Origin: Candidatus Kapaibacterium sp.
Lineage (GTDB): Bacteria; Bacteroidota; Ignavibacteria; Kapaibacteriales; UBA2268
Reading direction: 5' to 3'
Assembly: GCA_963665665.1 (NCBI GenBank)
Contig: OY762428.1
Location: 4,160,001-4,224,000, forward strand
DNA: 64,000 nt
A model generated the notes under the pieces. The model searched no databases. It was not told where the DNA came from and worked only from the letters and a program-made list of their open reading frames with translations. Positions 48,382 through 57,674 of the stretch are shown piece after piece. Position numbers and translations under genes: made by a program. Each line of letters begins with the position of its first letter. The first letter of the stretch is position 1.

Positions 48382-49815
48382 ATGAATTTTAAAATATCCA
48401 TATTAGTAATAGTCTCAATTTTCATTTCATCCACAGAATTATTCCCGCTTGAATTTTCGCAGCGTACCGGCAACACAATTGATTCTGCCGAGGCGAAATA
48501 TTTCTCGCTGTTCAGGGATTATAATGGATTTGTAAAAGCAGAAATAATTGGTGATAGCGATGAAAGCAGGAAAATAAACATTGTTTATGAGCAGGGAAAA
48601 ACAGACAAAACTATTGACCTTGCCCCGGATCAATCGAAAAACCTTAGGCTTTATATTGATAATTACGAGTTTTACCTGCACGAGGATATTGTTTTTGATA
48701 ACTCGAAAATTCCGGAAGCTATACAAATAGACCAGGCTAAGATAAGAGATTTTATTAACCTTGACTTTTTTTTCAGGGATCTGCCTGTTAGCCATATTCA
48801 GCTTATTAACGGAGATGAACTGGACGATTATGCTTTGGTAGCTGTAAGCAAGGATACATTATTTATTTTGCCGGACAGAAAAAAATATAACTGGAGAGAC
48901 AATTTTGAAATTATTCCGCTGCACTTTAAATATGTTAATGCATGCAATGTTGAAGATGTGGATTATCTTTTTTACTACGACAGTTCATATAAAACAAAGC
49001 TTACCACAAGATACGAAGGAGTTCCCTTTTTTGACAGAATAAGAAACGAGGTTAATATGCCTCCGGATATTAATAATAACCGCGATCGGATTATGGACAA
49101 TGAGATCAGGGATATTGAGTATGATTCAACAAATATTTCTCAGTTTCATTGGGTTAACAATAATAAAAGCGGCCATTTCTTTGTTAATGTCAATTACCAG
49201 GATGTATCTAAAAGCCCCATGAAGGAACAGAGCTTTCATATTGATGATAGTTACTATGCGAAAAGGATCTATGAACTTGAAGAAAAAAAGGATAAACCAA
49301 GTTCTCAACAGTCCTTCAACCTTAATTTCGGTTATTATTTGAATAATACTTTTATGATTTTCGCCAACTACAAAATGCTGGCCGAAAGCAAAGAAAATGA
49401 TGATATTTTTCATGATGAAGGTTCTGCAATCGGGCTTGGGGTGGGGGTGGATGTAATACCATTCCTTAGCAATAAGATCAACCGGCTGTCGATATACACG
49501 AAAATAAGCCTTGATTATAATCTGTATACCTACCATATACAGATTGTAGATGCCCCGGGTGTATGGGGCCCTGATCAGGGGGAATACAGTGTTGATAATA
49601 ATCACCTGAGTATTACTATCGAACCGCGTTTGCAGTATTTGATATATAAAACTTTCGGTATAAATCTTTCAGGAGTATTTGAATATCATCCTTCTCAAAG
49701 TTATACTACTTTAAATCATCTTGGTAATACGGAGTGGGACATAAACTGGAAGGCAAAAGACGGGCAGCAATTTATCAGTTTTGGTTTTAATATAGGGCTG
49801 ATACTACATATTTAA
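48382..49815 (+). CDS. exported/outer-membrane protein, paralog 3 of 3
   Basis: Same architecture; N-terminal domain close but not identical to paralogs 1 and 2. Confidence 0.7.
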   Translation: MNFKISILVIVSIFISSTELFPLEFSQRTGNTIDSAEAKYFSLFRDYNGFVKAEIIGDSDESRKINIVYEQGKTDKTIDLAPDQSKNLRLYIDNYEFYLHEDIVFDNSKIPEAIQIDQAKIRDFINLDFFFRDLPVSHIQLINGDELDDYALVAVSKDTLFILPDRKKYNWRDNFEIIPLHFKYVNACNVEDVDYLFYYDSSYKTKLTTRYEGVPFFDRIRNEVNMPPDINNNRDRIMDNEIRDIEYDSTNISQFHWVNNNKSGHFFVNVNYQDVSKSPMKEQSFHIDDSYYAKRIYELEEKKDKPSSQQSFNLNFGYYLNNTFMIFANYKMLAESKENDDIFHDEGSAIGLGVGVDVIPFLSNKINRLSIYTKISLDYNLYTYHIQIVDAPGVWGPDQGEYSVDNNHLSITIEPRLQYLIYKTFGINLSGVFEYHPSQSYTTLNHLGNTEWDINWKAKDGQQFISFGFNIGLILHI

Positions 49816-49903
49816 TTTTCAAACAGGAAAAAAAATTTCATAAATTTGCCATCTTATTCGTTACTTATGAATTATATGGCATTTTATTTTTGGAAATGAT
49901 AGT

Positions 49904-51991
49904 ATGAATTTTATAAATCCTCTGGCATTATTTGGTTTATTTGCAGCTGGCATTCCGGTATTGCTGCACCTGCTAAATTTACGAAAACTTAAAACTGTTG
50001 ATTTCTCAACATTAAAATTCCTTAAGGAATTACAAAAAACAAAGATCAGGAAGTTAAAATTGAAACAGATCATACTTCTGATCCTTCGCACACTCCTGAT
50101 AATTTTTGCTGTTATGGCTTTTGCCAGGCCTACCATAGAAGGAACTATACCCGGACTTGAAACATATACCAATACAAGTTCCGTTATATTACTGGATAAT
50201 TCTTTCAGCATGGATATTTCAGACCACAACGGCAATCGATTTAATTATGCAGGAAAAAAAGTTCGTGAAATTCTTAATTCCATGAAGGAAGGGGATGAAT
50301 CTGCAATTATTCCTATGTCAGGCAACCTGCCGATTGAATACACATTGTCTTCCGATATTGAATTATTAAAAGATCAGGCAGCCTTGATCAATGTATTCAA
50401 TAGTTCATCAAGCCTTGACAGAACGCTGAAAAATGCCGGTATATTACTTAGCGATGCGAAGAATCTGAACCGGGAAATTTATATTATCAGCGACGCTCAG
50501 GAAAACATATTTGATCTGAATGATACTTTTGATATAATTAATACGAAGTCTCCGATGATGTTTGTACCTGTAGCGGAAAAATCATCAGAGGTTCAGAACC
50601 TTTCTGTTGATTCTATCAATGTAGTTACAAAGATATTTAGCGTGGAAAAACTTGTTGAAGTTGAAGCTTTTATTAAAAACAATTCCGGCAGCAACGTAAA
50701 TGCAGTTGTTGTCAGCCTTGTGTTCAACGGGGAAAGAGTTGCCCAAAGGGCAATAGACCTGCCGGCTGGTGAAACCCGCAGCCTGACAATAGCGGCCAAA
50801 CCGGACAGAGCCGGTGATTTTTCAGCGTCGGTTGTAATTGAAGGCGACGCACTGGAAATTGATAACAAAAGATATTTTGGTTTCTACATTCCACCTTCAC
50901 CGTCAGTGGCACTTATTTCTGAAAAAAAATCAGCCAGATTTATTAAATCAGCTATTGAAGCAGTTAACAGTGAAAGTGATAAAATCAGGTTGCAGGCTTT
51001 CGAACCTGAAAAACTACAATCGATAAATCCCGATAATTTTGACATGATTATCTTAGCTTCCGGTCCGGTTAAGGAATCTGATGCTGAAATATTAATAAAA
51101 TATACCGAAAAAGGCGGAAGCCTTCTAATATTTGCCAATGATATGGTACTTGACAAAGCATTTAACAAATTGGTTAGCGGTATTGGCCTTGGGATTGCTA
51201 AACCGGGCAAATTCAATATTGAAAATCCGGGCAAATTCAGTTCTCTTGATAAATTACACCCCTTGTTTGAAGGTGTTTTCAAGGGGGAAACCAATAATAA
51301 GTCCTTAGTTGAATCTCCTGAAATACTTAAATACAACTCTGTTAGCAGTGGAAATCCGATTATTTCTATTCCCGGGGCTTCATTTCTTAGCGAATCAAAG
51401 CTGGGAACTGGCAGAATTCTTTATTCTGCTGTATCTGCTGATACTGACTGGAGTAATTTCCCGGTTACCGGGCTGTTCCCGACATTGATATACCGAAGTA
51501 TTTATTACCTTACATCTGCCGGAGAAATAAATAAAAACACCGAAACTGGCAAGCCGTTTATGCTTTCTTTACCTATGAAGTTTTCAGCAGGAGGAGATTT
51601 CAGGATTATTTCACCCGACGGCACTGAATCTTTCAGGTCAGCTGCTAAGCTTGGTACTCGTTCAATACTACAATTCGACGATATACCAACCCCGGGAGTT
51701 AATATAATAAAAACCGCAAACGGCAAAACTATTGCCATGCTGACAGCAAATGTACCTGCAAGTGAATCAAAGATAGACCCTTTGGAAGCAGATGATATTA
51801 TCAGAAAACTTGAGCCTGTATCAGGAGGAAATGAAATAATTATTCTAAAAGATGATGAAGATATGGCGAAAAATATTATCCGGGCAAGGGCAGGTACAGA
51901 ACTATGGCAATTATTTATCATTGCTGCTATTTTGGCAGCCGTTGCCGAAATGCTTGTTGAAAGAAACAGCAAAAACGACATTGAATCCTGA
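49904..51991 (+). CDS. BatA N-terminal domain / vWA-like membrane protein with Ig-like and GATase-like domains
   Basis: MNFINP...PVLLHL...FSTLKFL...LLILR.L...AFARP (BatA), ILLDNSFSM and IISDAQ (vWA MIDAS), DNKRYF, C-terminal ELWQ TM anchor. Confidence 0.88.
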   Translation: MNFINPLALFGLFAAGIPVLLHLLNLRKLKTVDFSTLKFLKELQKTKIRKLKLKQIILLILRTLLIIFAVMAFARPTIEGTIPGLETYTNTSSVILLDNSFSMDISDHNGNRFNYAGKKVREILNSMKEGDESAIIPMSGNLPIEYTLSSDIELLKDQAALINVFNSSSSLDRTLKNAGILLSDAKNLNREIYIISDAQENIFDLNDTFDIINTKSPMMFVPVAEKSSEVQNLSVDSINVVTKIFSVEKLVEVEAFIKNNSGSNVNAVVVSLVFNGERVAQRAIDLPAGETRSLTIAAKPDRAGDFSASVVIEGDALEIDNKRYFGFYIPPSPSVALISEKKSARFIKSAIEAVNSESDKIRLQAFEPEKLQSINPDNFDMIILASGPVKESDAEILIKYTEKGGSLLIFANDMVLDKAFNKLVSGIGLGIAKPGKFNIENPGKFSSLDKLHPLFEGVFKGETNNKSLVESPEILKYNSVSSGNPIISIPGASFLSESKLGTGRILYSAVSADTDWSNFPVTGLFPTLIYRSIYYLTSAGEINKNTETGKPFMLSLPMKFSAGGDFRIISPDGTESFRSAAKLGTRSILQFDDIPTPGVNIIKTANGKTIAMLTANVPASESKIDPLEADDIIRKLEPVSGGNEIIILKDDEDMAKNIIRARAGTELWQLFIIAAILAAVAEMLVERNSKNDIES

Positions 51992-52243
51992 GATCATAAT
52001 GGCAAAAAAAAACCAGAGTGGTTATAATTCTTCAGCAATTTCAATTTTTTTATTGAATTATTGTGGAAAACTTTCCAATTCGATAATTTTTTTAAAAAGC
52101 TAAATTATTTATATTCTATTGTCTTGCGCTAACAGGATTCAATTTTGCCAATTCGCAGGGCTTAAGCGGCATATTTATTGAATTTGTATATTTGGGCGGG
52201 ATTATTATAATAAATAATTTGAATATTGGTGTTGAAATAGTCG

Positions 52244-52597
52244 ATGAAAAAGATTGAGGAATTTAACGAGAGAAGAGATAAGGGTAACAAAGCCATTTTA
52301 GGTGAGGACTTCCTACCCTATAAAAGGTTTTTTGCTCTTGACAGCAGAGCTTATGAAGAGGGTGCCATACCGGAAAAATATAAGGAATTGATGGGGCTTG
52401 TCGGCTCCATGGTTCTAAGGTGTGACGATTGTATAAGCTATCATGTTCAGAAAGCGGCAGATGCAGGCAGCAGCAGGGAAGAAATCAGAGAAGCATTCAA
52501 TATTGCTCTTGTAATCGGGGGATCGATAGTGATACCGCATCTTAGAAGAGCATTTGAAATTCTTGATGAATTATTACCGGCAGATAACAAAATTTAA
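52244..52597 (+). CDS. carboxymuconolactone decarboxylase / AhpD family protein
   Basis: KYKELMGL..S.VLRCDDCISYH CxxC motif. Confidence 0.9.
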   Translation: MKKIEEFNERRDKGNKAILGEDFLPYKRFFALDSRAYEEGAIPEKYKELMGLVGSMVLRCDDCISYHVQKAADAGSSREEIREAFNIALVIGGSIVIPHLRRAFEILDELLPADNKI

Positions 52598-52630
52598 ATT
52601 TGTTTGAAATTTGATTACGGATTATCATTT

Positions 52631-53518
52631 ATGTCATTCGAGAGATTTCAACAAAATACAGTAGTGGAAGAGTTGAAGAAAAATATTGAATCATGCAGAA
52701 AAGAACTGCTGGATATTCTTCATGACCTGCATGATATGGAAAATATCATTAAGCCCCGTATATTATTTATTTACGACAGCCATTTCGGCGATCTGGAACA
52801 GAAACTGAGAAGAAAAAGAAGAAAAGCATATAGTATGCAGAGAAAAGTAGAACTTCTTAATTCAAAGATTGCCAAAGGTGAAAAAATTGACGAAAATACC
52901 ATTGAAATAATTGATAAAATTGTTCAAAAAGAAATTGACCTTAAATCTTCACGGCCCGCCGATTCTAATCCTAACTACCAAAAAGATAAAGATGAAGTGA
53001 AAGAAATCAGTGAGGAAGAAATCCTCGATTTGGAAAAAGAATATTATGAATTGGCTGCTACAAACCAGGAAAACCTTGATCTTCCTTCAATGTATCGCCG
53101 CATTGTGAAAAAACTCCATCCTGATTTGAACGGCGAAACTGAAATTTATAAACGTTTTTGGTATAGCATTCAGGATGCATACAAAAAAGGTAATTTTAAC
53201 AGGATAAAACTTTTTCACAAAACAATATGCCCTGATGATAACAGGAAAAAGTATAGTAACACATATTCTGAAGAACTTAAGCTGAGAAATGATATCCGCC
53301 AGTTGAAAATGAATATTTCGGCTGAAAAACGAAAAATCGAACGTATGAAAAACAAAGAACCCTTTATTCTGGAAGATAAGTTGACTGATAGATTTTGGGT
53401 TGAAACACGCCAGAGTTCCTTGCGGAATCAGCTTTTTAAAGTAGATATGGATATTAAGGCCTACAACCGGCAGTTCAATATGTTGGCAGCGAACGTTCAG
53501 AACAGCCTGAATGCCTGA
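52631..53518 (+). CDS. coiled-coil protein with an internal J-like (HPD) domain
   Basis: MYRRIVKKLHPDLN....K.F..IQDAY in the middle of long coiled coils. Confidence 0.65.
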   Translation: MSFERFQQNTVVEELKKNIESCRKELLDILHDLHDMENIIKPRILFIYDSHFGDLEQKLRRKRRKAYSMQRKVELLNSKIAKGEKIDENTIEIIDKIVQKEIDLKSSRPADSNPNYQKDKDEVKEISEEEILDLEKEYYELAATNQENLDLPSMYRRIVKKLHPDLNGETEIYKRFWYSIQDAYKKGNFNRIKLFHKTICPDDNRKKYSNTYSEELKLRNDIRQLKMNISAEKRKIERMKNKEPFILEDKLTDRFWVETRQSSLRNQLFKVDMDIKAYNRQFNMLAANVQNSLNA

Positions 53519-53620
53519 CAGATTCCCTGCTTAGCAAAAGTAATATCTGAAAACCTTTTTTTCTACAGTAATTAAATTGTAATTTTGCAGGGAATAAAAT
53601 TACAAAACGATTGGATAAAC

Positions 53621-54388
53621 ATGAAAAAGAAAAAATCCGGTTCAGCCGCAAAAGACTCAATTAAAAAAGCAAATGAGCCGATCAGGCTAAATAAATTCCT
53701 TGCTGAATCCGGGCTTTGTTCCAGAAGAAAAGCTGACGAATACATAGAATCCGGCGTTGTTAAAGTTAACCGCAAAACTGTTAAGGAACTTGGAACAAAA
53801 GTAAAAAGAAGTGATTTTGTTACCGTAAACGGAGACCCGGTAGGCCTGCCTGATAAAATGATATATATATTACTTAACAAACCCAAGAATATTATTACCA
53901 CAACTAAAGATGAGTTAAACAGGCAAACTGTACTGGACATTGTTCGGAAACAAACAAGAATATTCCCTGTAGGAAGGCTGGACAGAAATACAACAGGAGT
54001 ACTACTGCTTACTAACGACGGTGATCTTGCTAACAAACTTACACACCCGAGATATGAAGTGCCCCGTACTTATAATGCCAGACTGGACAGAGATATCGAT
54101 GAAAAGGATGCCATCAATATTTCTAAAGGAATTGAACTTGATGACGGCCCTACTGGCAAATGCCAGGTTTTCATTCATCCCGAAAACAGGAGCAAAGTCT
54201 CACTTACCCTGTCTGAAGGCAGAAACCATGAAGTAAAACGAATTTTCGAAAAACTTGGGTATGAAGTAAAAAGCCTGGACAGGAAATTTTATGCAACATT
54301 ATCCACAAAGGGTTTAAAACGCGGAGAATATAGGCATTTGTTGAAAAAAGAAGTACTTGAACTGAAAAAAATGTTTTCCGGCAAGTAA
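53621..54388 (+). CDS. rluB: rRNA pseudouridine synthase, RsuA/RluB family with S4 domain
   Basis: RLNKFLA..G.CSRRKAD, PVGRLDRNTTGVLLLTNDG, EGRNHEVKR. Confidence 0.88.
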   Translation: MKKKKSGSAAKDSIKKANEPIRLNKFLAESGLCSRRKADEYIESGVVKVNRKTVKELGTKVKRSDFVTVNGDPVGLPDKMIYILLNKPKNIITTTKDELNRQTVLDIVRKQTRIFPVGRLDRNTTGVLLLTNDGDLANKLTHPRYEVPRTYNARLDRDIDEKDAINISKGIELDDGPTGKCQVFIHPENRSKVSLTLSEGRNHEVKRIFEKLGYEVKSLDRKFYATLSTKGLKRGEYRHLLKKEVLELKKMFSGK

Positions 54389-54477
54389 TAATTTGATATA
54401 AATTTAATTTATGTTTATATTTAAAGAAGCGTTTTTTTGAAATTTTAAAATTAAGTTACGCAGCTTAAAAGTTTGAT

Positions 54478-54951
54478 ATGAAAAATGTGATAATTATTCA
54501 ATTTATTATTCTACTATTGTCATCTGTAGCCATGGCTCAGGATAACAGGCTGGATAAATCCGCTGTTATCGGGGAAAATGTATTTGTTGGTGTGGATCAT
54601 CAGATTTCCGAAAAAGTGGCTGAATTCTTTAATGAATTAAAAGATAACGGCCCGGATAAAGCTTTCAATAAATTCCTGAAAAACAGCCCTATTATTGAAA
54701 GAAAAGATCAGCTGCAGGCCTTAATTGTCCAAACAAAAAGGGCAGTTAAACTTTATGGTGATTTTTTGGGATATGAACCTGTTAATTCGGAAGTTATTTC
54801 AGAATCTTTTGTTCGTGTAAGATATATTGGTAAACATTCCAAATATCCCATGCGCTGGATCTTCACATTTTATAAGTCCCCTAAAAGGGGTTGGATAATT
54901 ATCAATATTAAATTCGACGACTTGTCAGAATACTTCTTCTCGGATGAATAG
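54478..54951 (+). CDS. exported hypothetical protein
   Basis: Signal peptide (AMA cleavage); no recognised catalytic motif. Confidence 0.6.
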   Translation: MKNVIIIQFIILLLSSVAMAQDNRLDKSAVIGENVFVGVDHQISEKVAEFFNELKDNGPDKAFNKFLKNSPIIERKDQLQALIVQTKRAVKLYGDFLGYEPVNSEVISESFVRVRYIGKHSKYPMRWIFTFYKSPKRGWIIINIKFDDLSEYFFSDE

Positions 54952-54973
54952 AGCAATAAAATCTTGATTTTCC

Positions 54974-55006
54974 AGCCCGCCGAGAGTTTTCTGCGGGCTT
55001 TTTTTT
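54974..55006 (+). terminator. intrinsic terminator
   Basis: AGCCCGC...GCGGGCT followed by a long T-tract. Confidence 0.7.
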
Positions 55007-55027
55007 AATATATATGCGGGTAATAAC

Positions 55028-56407
55028 TTGGAAAGCCAATCAATTGTAGTTATGAAGTTCGGCGGAACATCGGTTGGATGCAGCCCGGGTTTCAGAAATA
55101 TTAAAAATATTTCAGAGAGAGAAGCCAGAAAGATAATTATTGTTGCGTCTGCAATGTCCGGTATTACTAATTCACTTATCGAGATTGTTGATTATTGTGG
55201 AAGTGCCCGAAAGCATGATGCTATTGAGCTTATTGACGATATTCAGAAGAAACATCTAAGTATGGCCATGGAATTGGAAATTGATACTGAGTCTGGGGCC
55301 TATATTGTTGAGAAATGTGATGAATTGCGCCGTCTTGTCTTTGCCCTTGATATCCTTGGCGAGGTCAGCCCCAAATCTTCAGACCTGATATTAGCCTATG
55401 GAGAGCTTCTATCGACTTTCCTGCTTTATAATTACCTGAAAAAAACTTCGAAAAAAGTTGATCTGATACCTGCCGGCTGTTTTATTACAACTGATTCTTC
55501 TTTTGGAGAGGCAAAAGTTGATATTGAACAAACCTGTTGTAAATCAATTGATACCCTTAATAACAATATTGATTCAGACATTGTTATAACCCAGGGATTT
55601 GCCGGAATAGACCCTGATGGCAAGATAACAACACTCGGACGCGGTGGCTCGGACTATTCTGCTGCATTAATCGCCAAGGGTATTCAGGCTGATGAACTTG
55701 ATATTTACACTGACGTTAACGGTATGATGACAACTGATCCCCGCATTGTACCTGAAGCTATGATAATCTCTAAATTATCATATATTGAGGCATCCGAGCT
55801 GGCATTTTTCGGGGCAAAAGTCCTTCATCCGAAAACTATTTATCCGGCAATAACAGCGAATATTCCGGTCTTTGTAAAAAATACTTTCCAGCCGGATTTC
55901 CCCGGAACTGAAATTACCACCCAGCCCGGTTCAAGGGAAATGGTAAAAGCAATAGCTGTAAAAAAAGGAATAACTGTTGTCAATGTTCATTCGGACAGTA
56001 TGCTGGGTTCCTACGGCTTCCTGAAAAAAGTATTCGATATTTTTGATAAATATGAAACTTCCGTTGATTTGGTTACAACTTCCGAAGTTAATATATCAAT
56101 GACAATTGACAATGATAAAAATATTGAAAAAGTTATAAATGACCTTCAAGAATTTTCAGATGTAAGTTTATTCAGAAAGAAATCGATAATTTCAGCAGTT
56201 GGCGACGGAATAAAGCAAACTGCCGGGATTGCATCAAGATTCTTCAATGCCCTGCGTGGTATTAACATATCAATGATAAGCCTTGGCGCTTCGGAAGTTA
56301 ACCTGAGTATAATTGTCGATGATGAAAATGCTGAAAAAGCTGTCACTTTATTACATAATGAATTTTTCTCTAATATCCGGGATACGGGAATATTTATAAA
56401 AATTTAA
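55028..56407 (+). CDS. lysC: aspartate kinase with two ACT domains
   Basis: VMKFGGTSV, TTLGRGGSDYSA, YTDV.G..T.DPR, FFGAKVLHP, TSEVNIS. Confidence 0.95.
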   Translation: MESQSIVVMKFGGTSVGCSPGFRNIKNISEREARKIIIVASAMSGITNSLIEIVDYCGSARKHDAIELIDDIQKKHLSMAMELEIDTESGAYIVEKCDELRRLVFALDILGEVSPKSSDLILAYGELLSTFLLYNYLKKTSKKVDLIPAGCFITTDSSFGEAKVDIEQTCCKSIDTLNNNIDSDIVITQGFAGIDPDGKITTLGRGGSDYSAALIAKGIQADELDIYTDVNGMMTTDPRIVPEAMIISKLSYIEASELAFFGAKVLHPKTIYPAITANIPVFVKNTFQPDFPGTEITTQPGSREMVKAIAVKKGITVVNVHSDSMLGSYGFLKKVFDIFDKYETSVDLVTTSEVNISMTIDNDKNIEKVINDLQEFSDVSLFRKKSIISAVGDGIKQTAGIASRFFNALRGINISMISLGASEVNLSIIVDDENAEKAVTLLHNEFFSNIRDTGIFIKI

Positions 56408-56437
56408 GCCCTTATTTTCTAATTGTAAAGGTAAAAA

Positions 56438-57661
56438 ATGACAACAATCTCAAATATAGATTTAAAAGAACTGGCTGAACAATTTGGCACTCCGGTTTAT
56501 GTTTATAATGCAGATAAGATCAGAAGCAACTACAAACGGCTGAAAGAAGCATTTGCATCGGTTTATCCCGATACCGATATACATTACTCTGTTAAAGCAA
56601 ACAGCAATATCAGGGTTCTGGAGGTTTTCAAATCAATTGGTGCGGGAGTTGACTGCTCCTCGCCTATGGAAACCATTCTGGCAAGGAAAGCTGGCTTTGC
56701 AGATGATCAGATTTTATATACCGGAAACTACGAAAGCCCGGAAGACCTGCAAACAGCTTATGCTCCGGGAGTAAGGCTTAACCTTGACGATATGTCGTCA
56801 TTCGACAGGTTAAAAAAAATTGCGATACCGGAAATGGTTTCTTTCAGGATAAATCCCGGAATCGGGCGCGGAGGCTTTGAAGGTATAACCACTGCCGGTG
56901 CTGATGCAAAATTTGGGGTACCTTATGAAATGGCTAAGGAAGCATACCAGGCAGCAAAAAATGCCGGTGTTAAAAGGTTCGGTATTCACATGATGACCGG
57001 TTCAAATAACCTGGAACCATATTATTTCGCCGAGGTAACTGAAAAGCTGATGACAATTGCCGGAAGGATTTTCGAGAACCTGGATATTGTACCTGAGTAT
57101 TTTGATATTGGCGGTGGTTTTGGCGTTCCTTATGACGATTACGAGCAGGAACTGAACATTGAACTTACCGCCAGGCTTGTGGCTGAAGCATTCCGCGAAA
57201 AATGTGATAAATTTGGATTTGGAACTCCAAAATTATTAATGGAGCCCGGACGCTATCTTATGGCCAATACCGGATACCTGATAACACAGGTAACCGGGGT
57301 AAAGAAATCATACAAAACATTCGTGGGCGTTGACGCAGGTATGAATACTCTTATACGCCCTGCCCTATACGGAGCCAAACACCGGGTTGAAGTTTACGGC
57401 AAAGAACTGAAAAATGATTTTGTTAACCTTTGCGGACAGATTTGTGAAAATTCAGATATTTTTGCGAATAATATTCCGTTCCCGGTTGCCGAGGAAGGCG
57501 ATATAGTTGTCTTCCGTGAAGCAGGAGCTTACGGATACGTAATGGCATCGAATTATAATAACAGGCTGCGTCCGGCAGAAGTATTGATAGAAAATGGAAA
57601 ATCAAGACTTATCCGGCGTCGTGAAACGCCGGAAGATATTTTGAGACTTTATGATATTTAA
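56438..57661 (+). CDS. lysA: diaminopimelate decarboxylase
   Basis: FGTPVYVY, YSVKAN (PLP lysine), KFG, DIGGGFG, EPGRYL, GQICENSD, GAYG..MASNYN.R.RPAEV. Confidence 0.96.
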   Translation: MTTISNIDLKELAEQFGTPVYVYNADKIRSNYKRLKEAFASVYPDTDIHYSVKANSNIRVLEVFKSIGAGVDCSSPMETILARKAGFADDQILYTGNYESPEDLQTAYAPGVRLNLDDMSSFDRLKKIAIPEMVSFRINPGIGRGGFEGITTAGADAKFGVPYEMAKEAYQAAKNAGVKRFGIHMMTGSNNLEPYYFAEVTEKLMTIAGRIFENLDIVPEYFDIGGGFGVPYDDYEQELNIELTARLVAEAFREKCDKFGFGTPKLLMEPGRYLMANTGYLITQVTGVKKSYKTFVGVDAGMNTLIRPALYGAKHRVEVYGKELKNDFVNLCGQICENSDIFANNIPFPVAEEGDIVVFREAGAYGYVMASNYNNRLRPAEVLIENGKSRLIRRRETPEDILRLYDI

Positions 57662-57674
57662 ATAATGAAAAACA

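Noticed and set aside
45556-48780. Paralog repeats as a diversity-generating retroelement TR/VR pair
   Set aside because: The main repeat is exact rather than adenine-mutated, lies at the N-terminal end of the genes, and no reverse transcriptase is present in the window.
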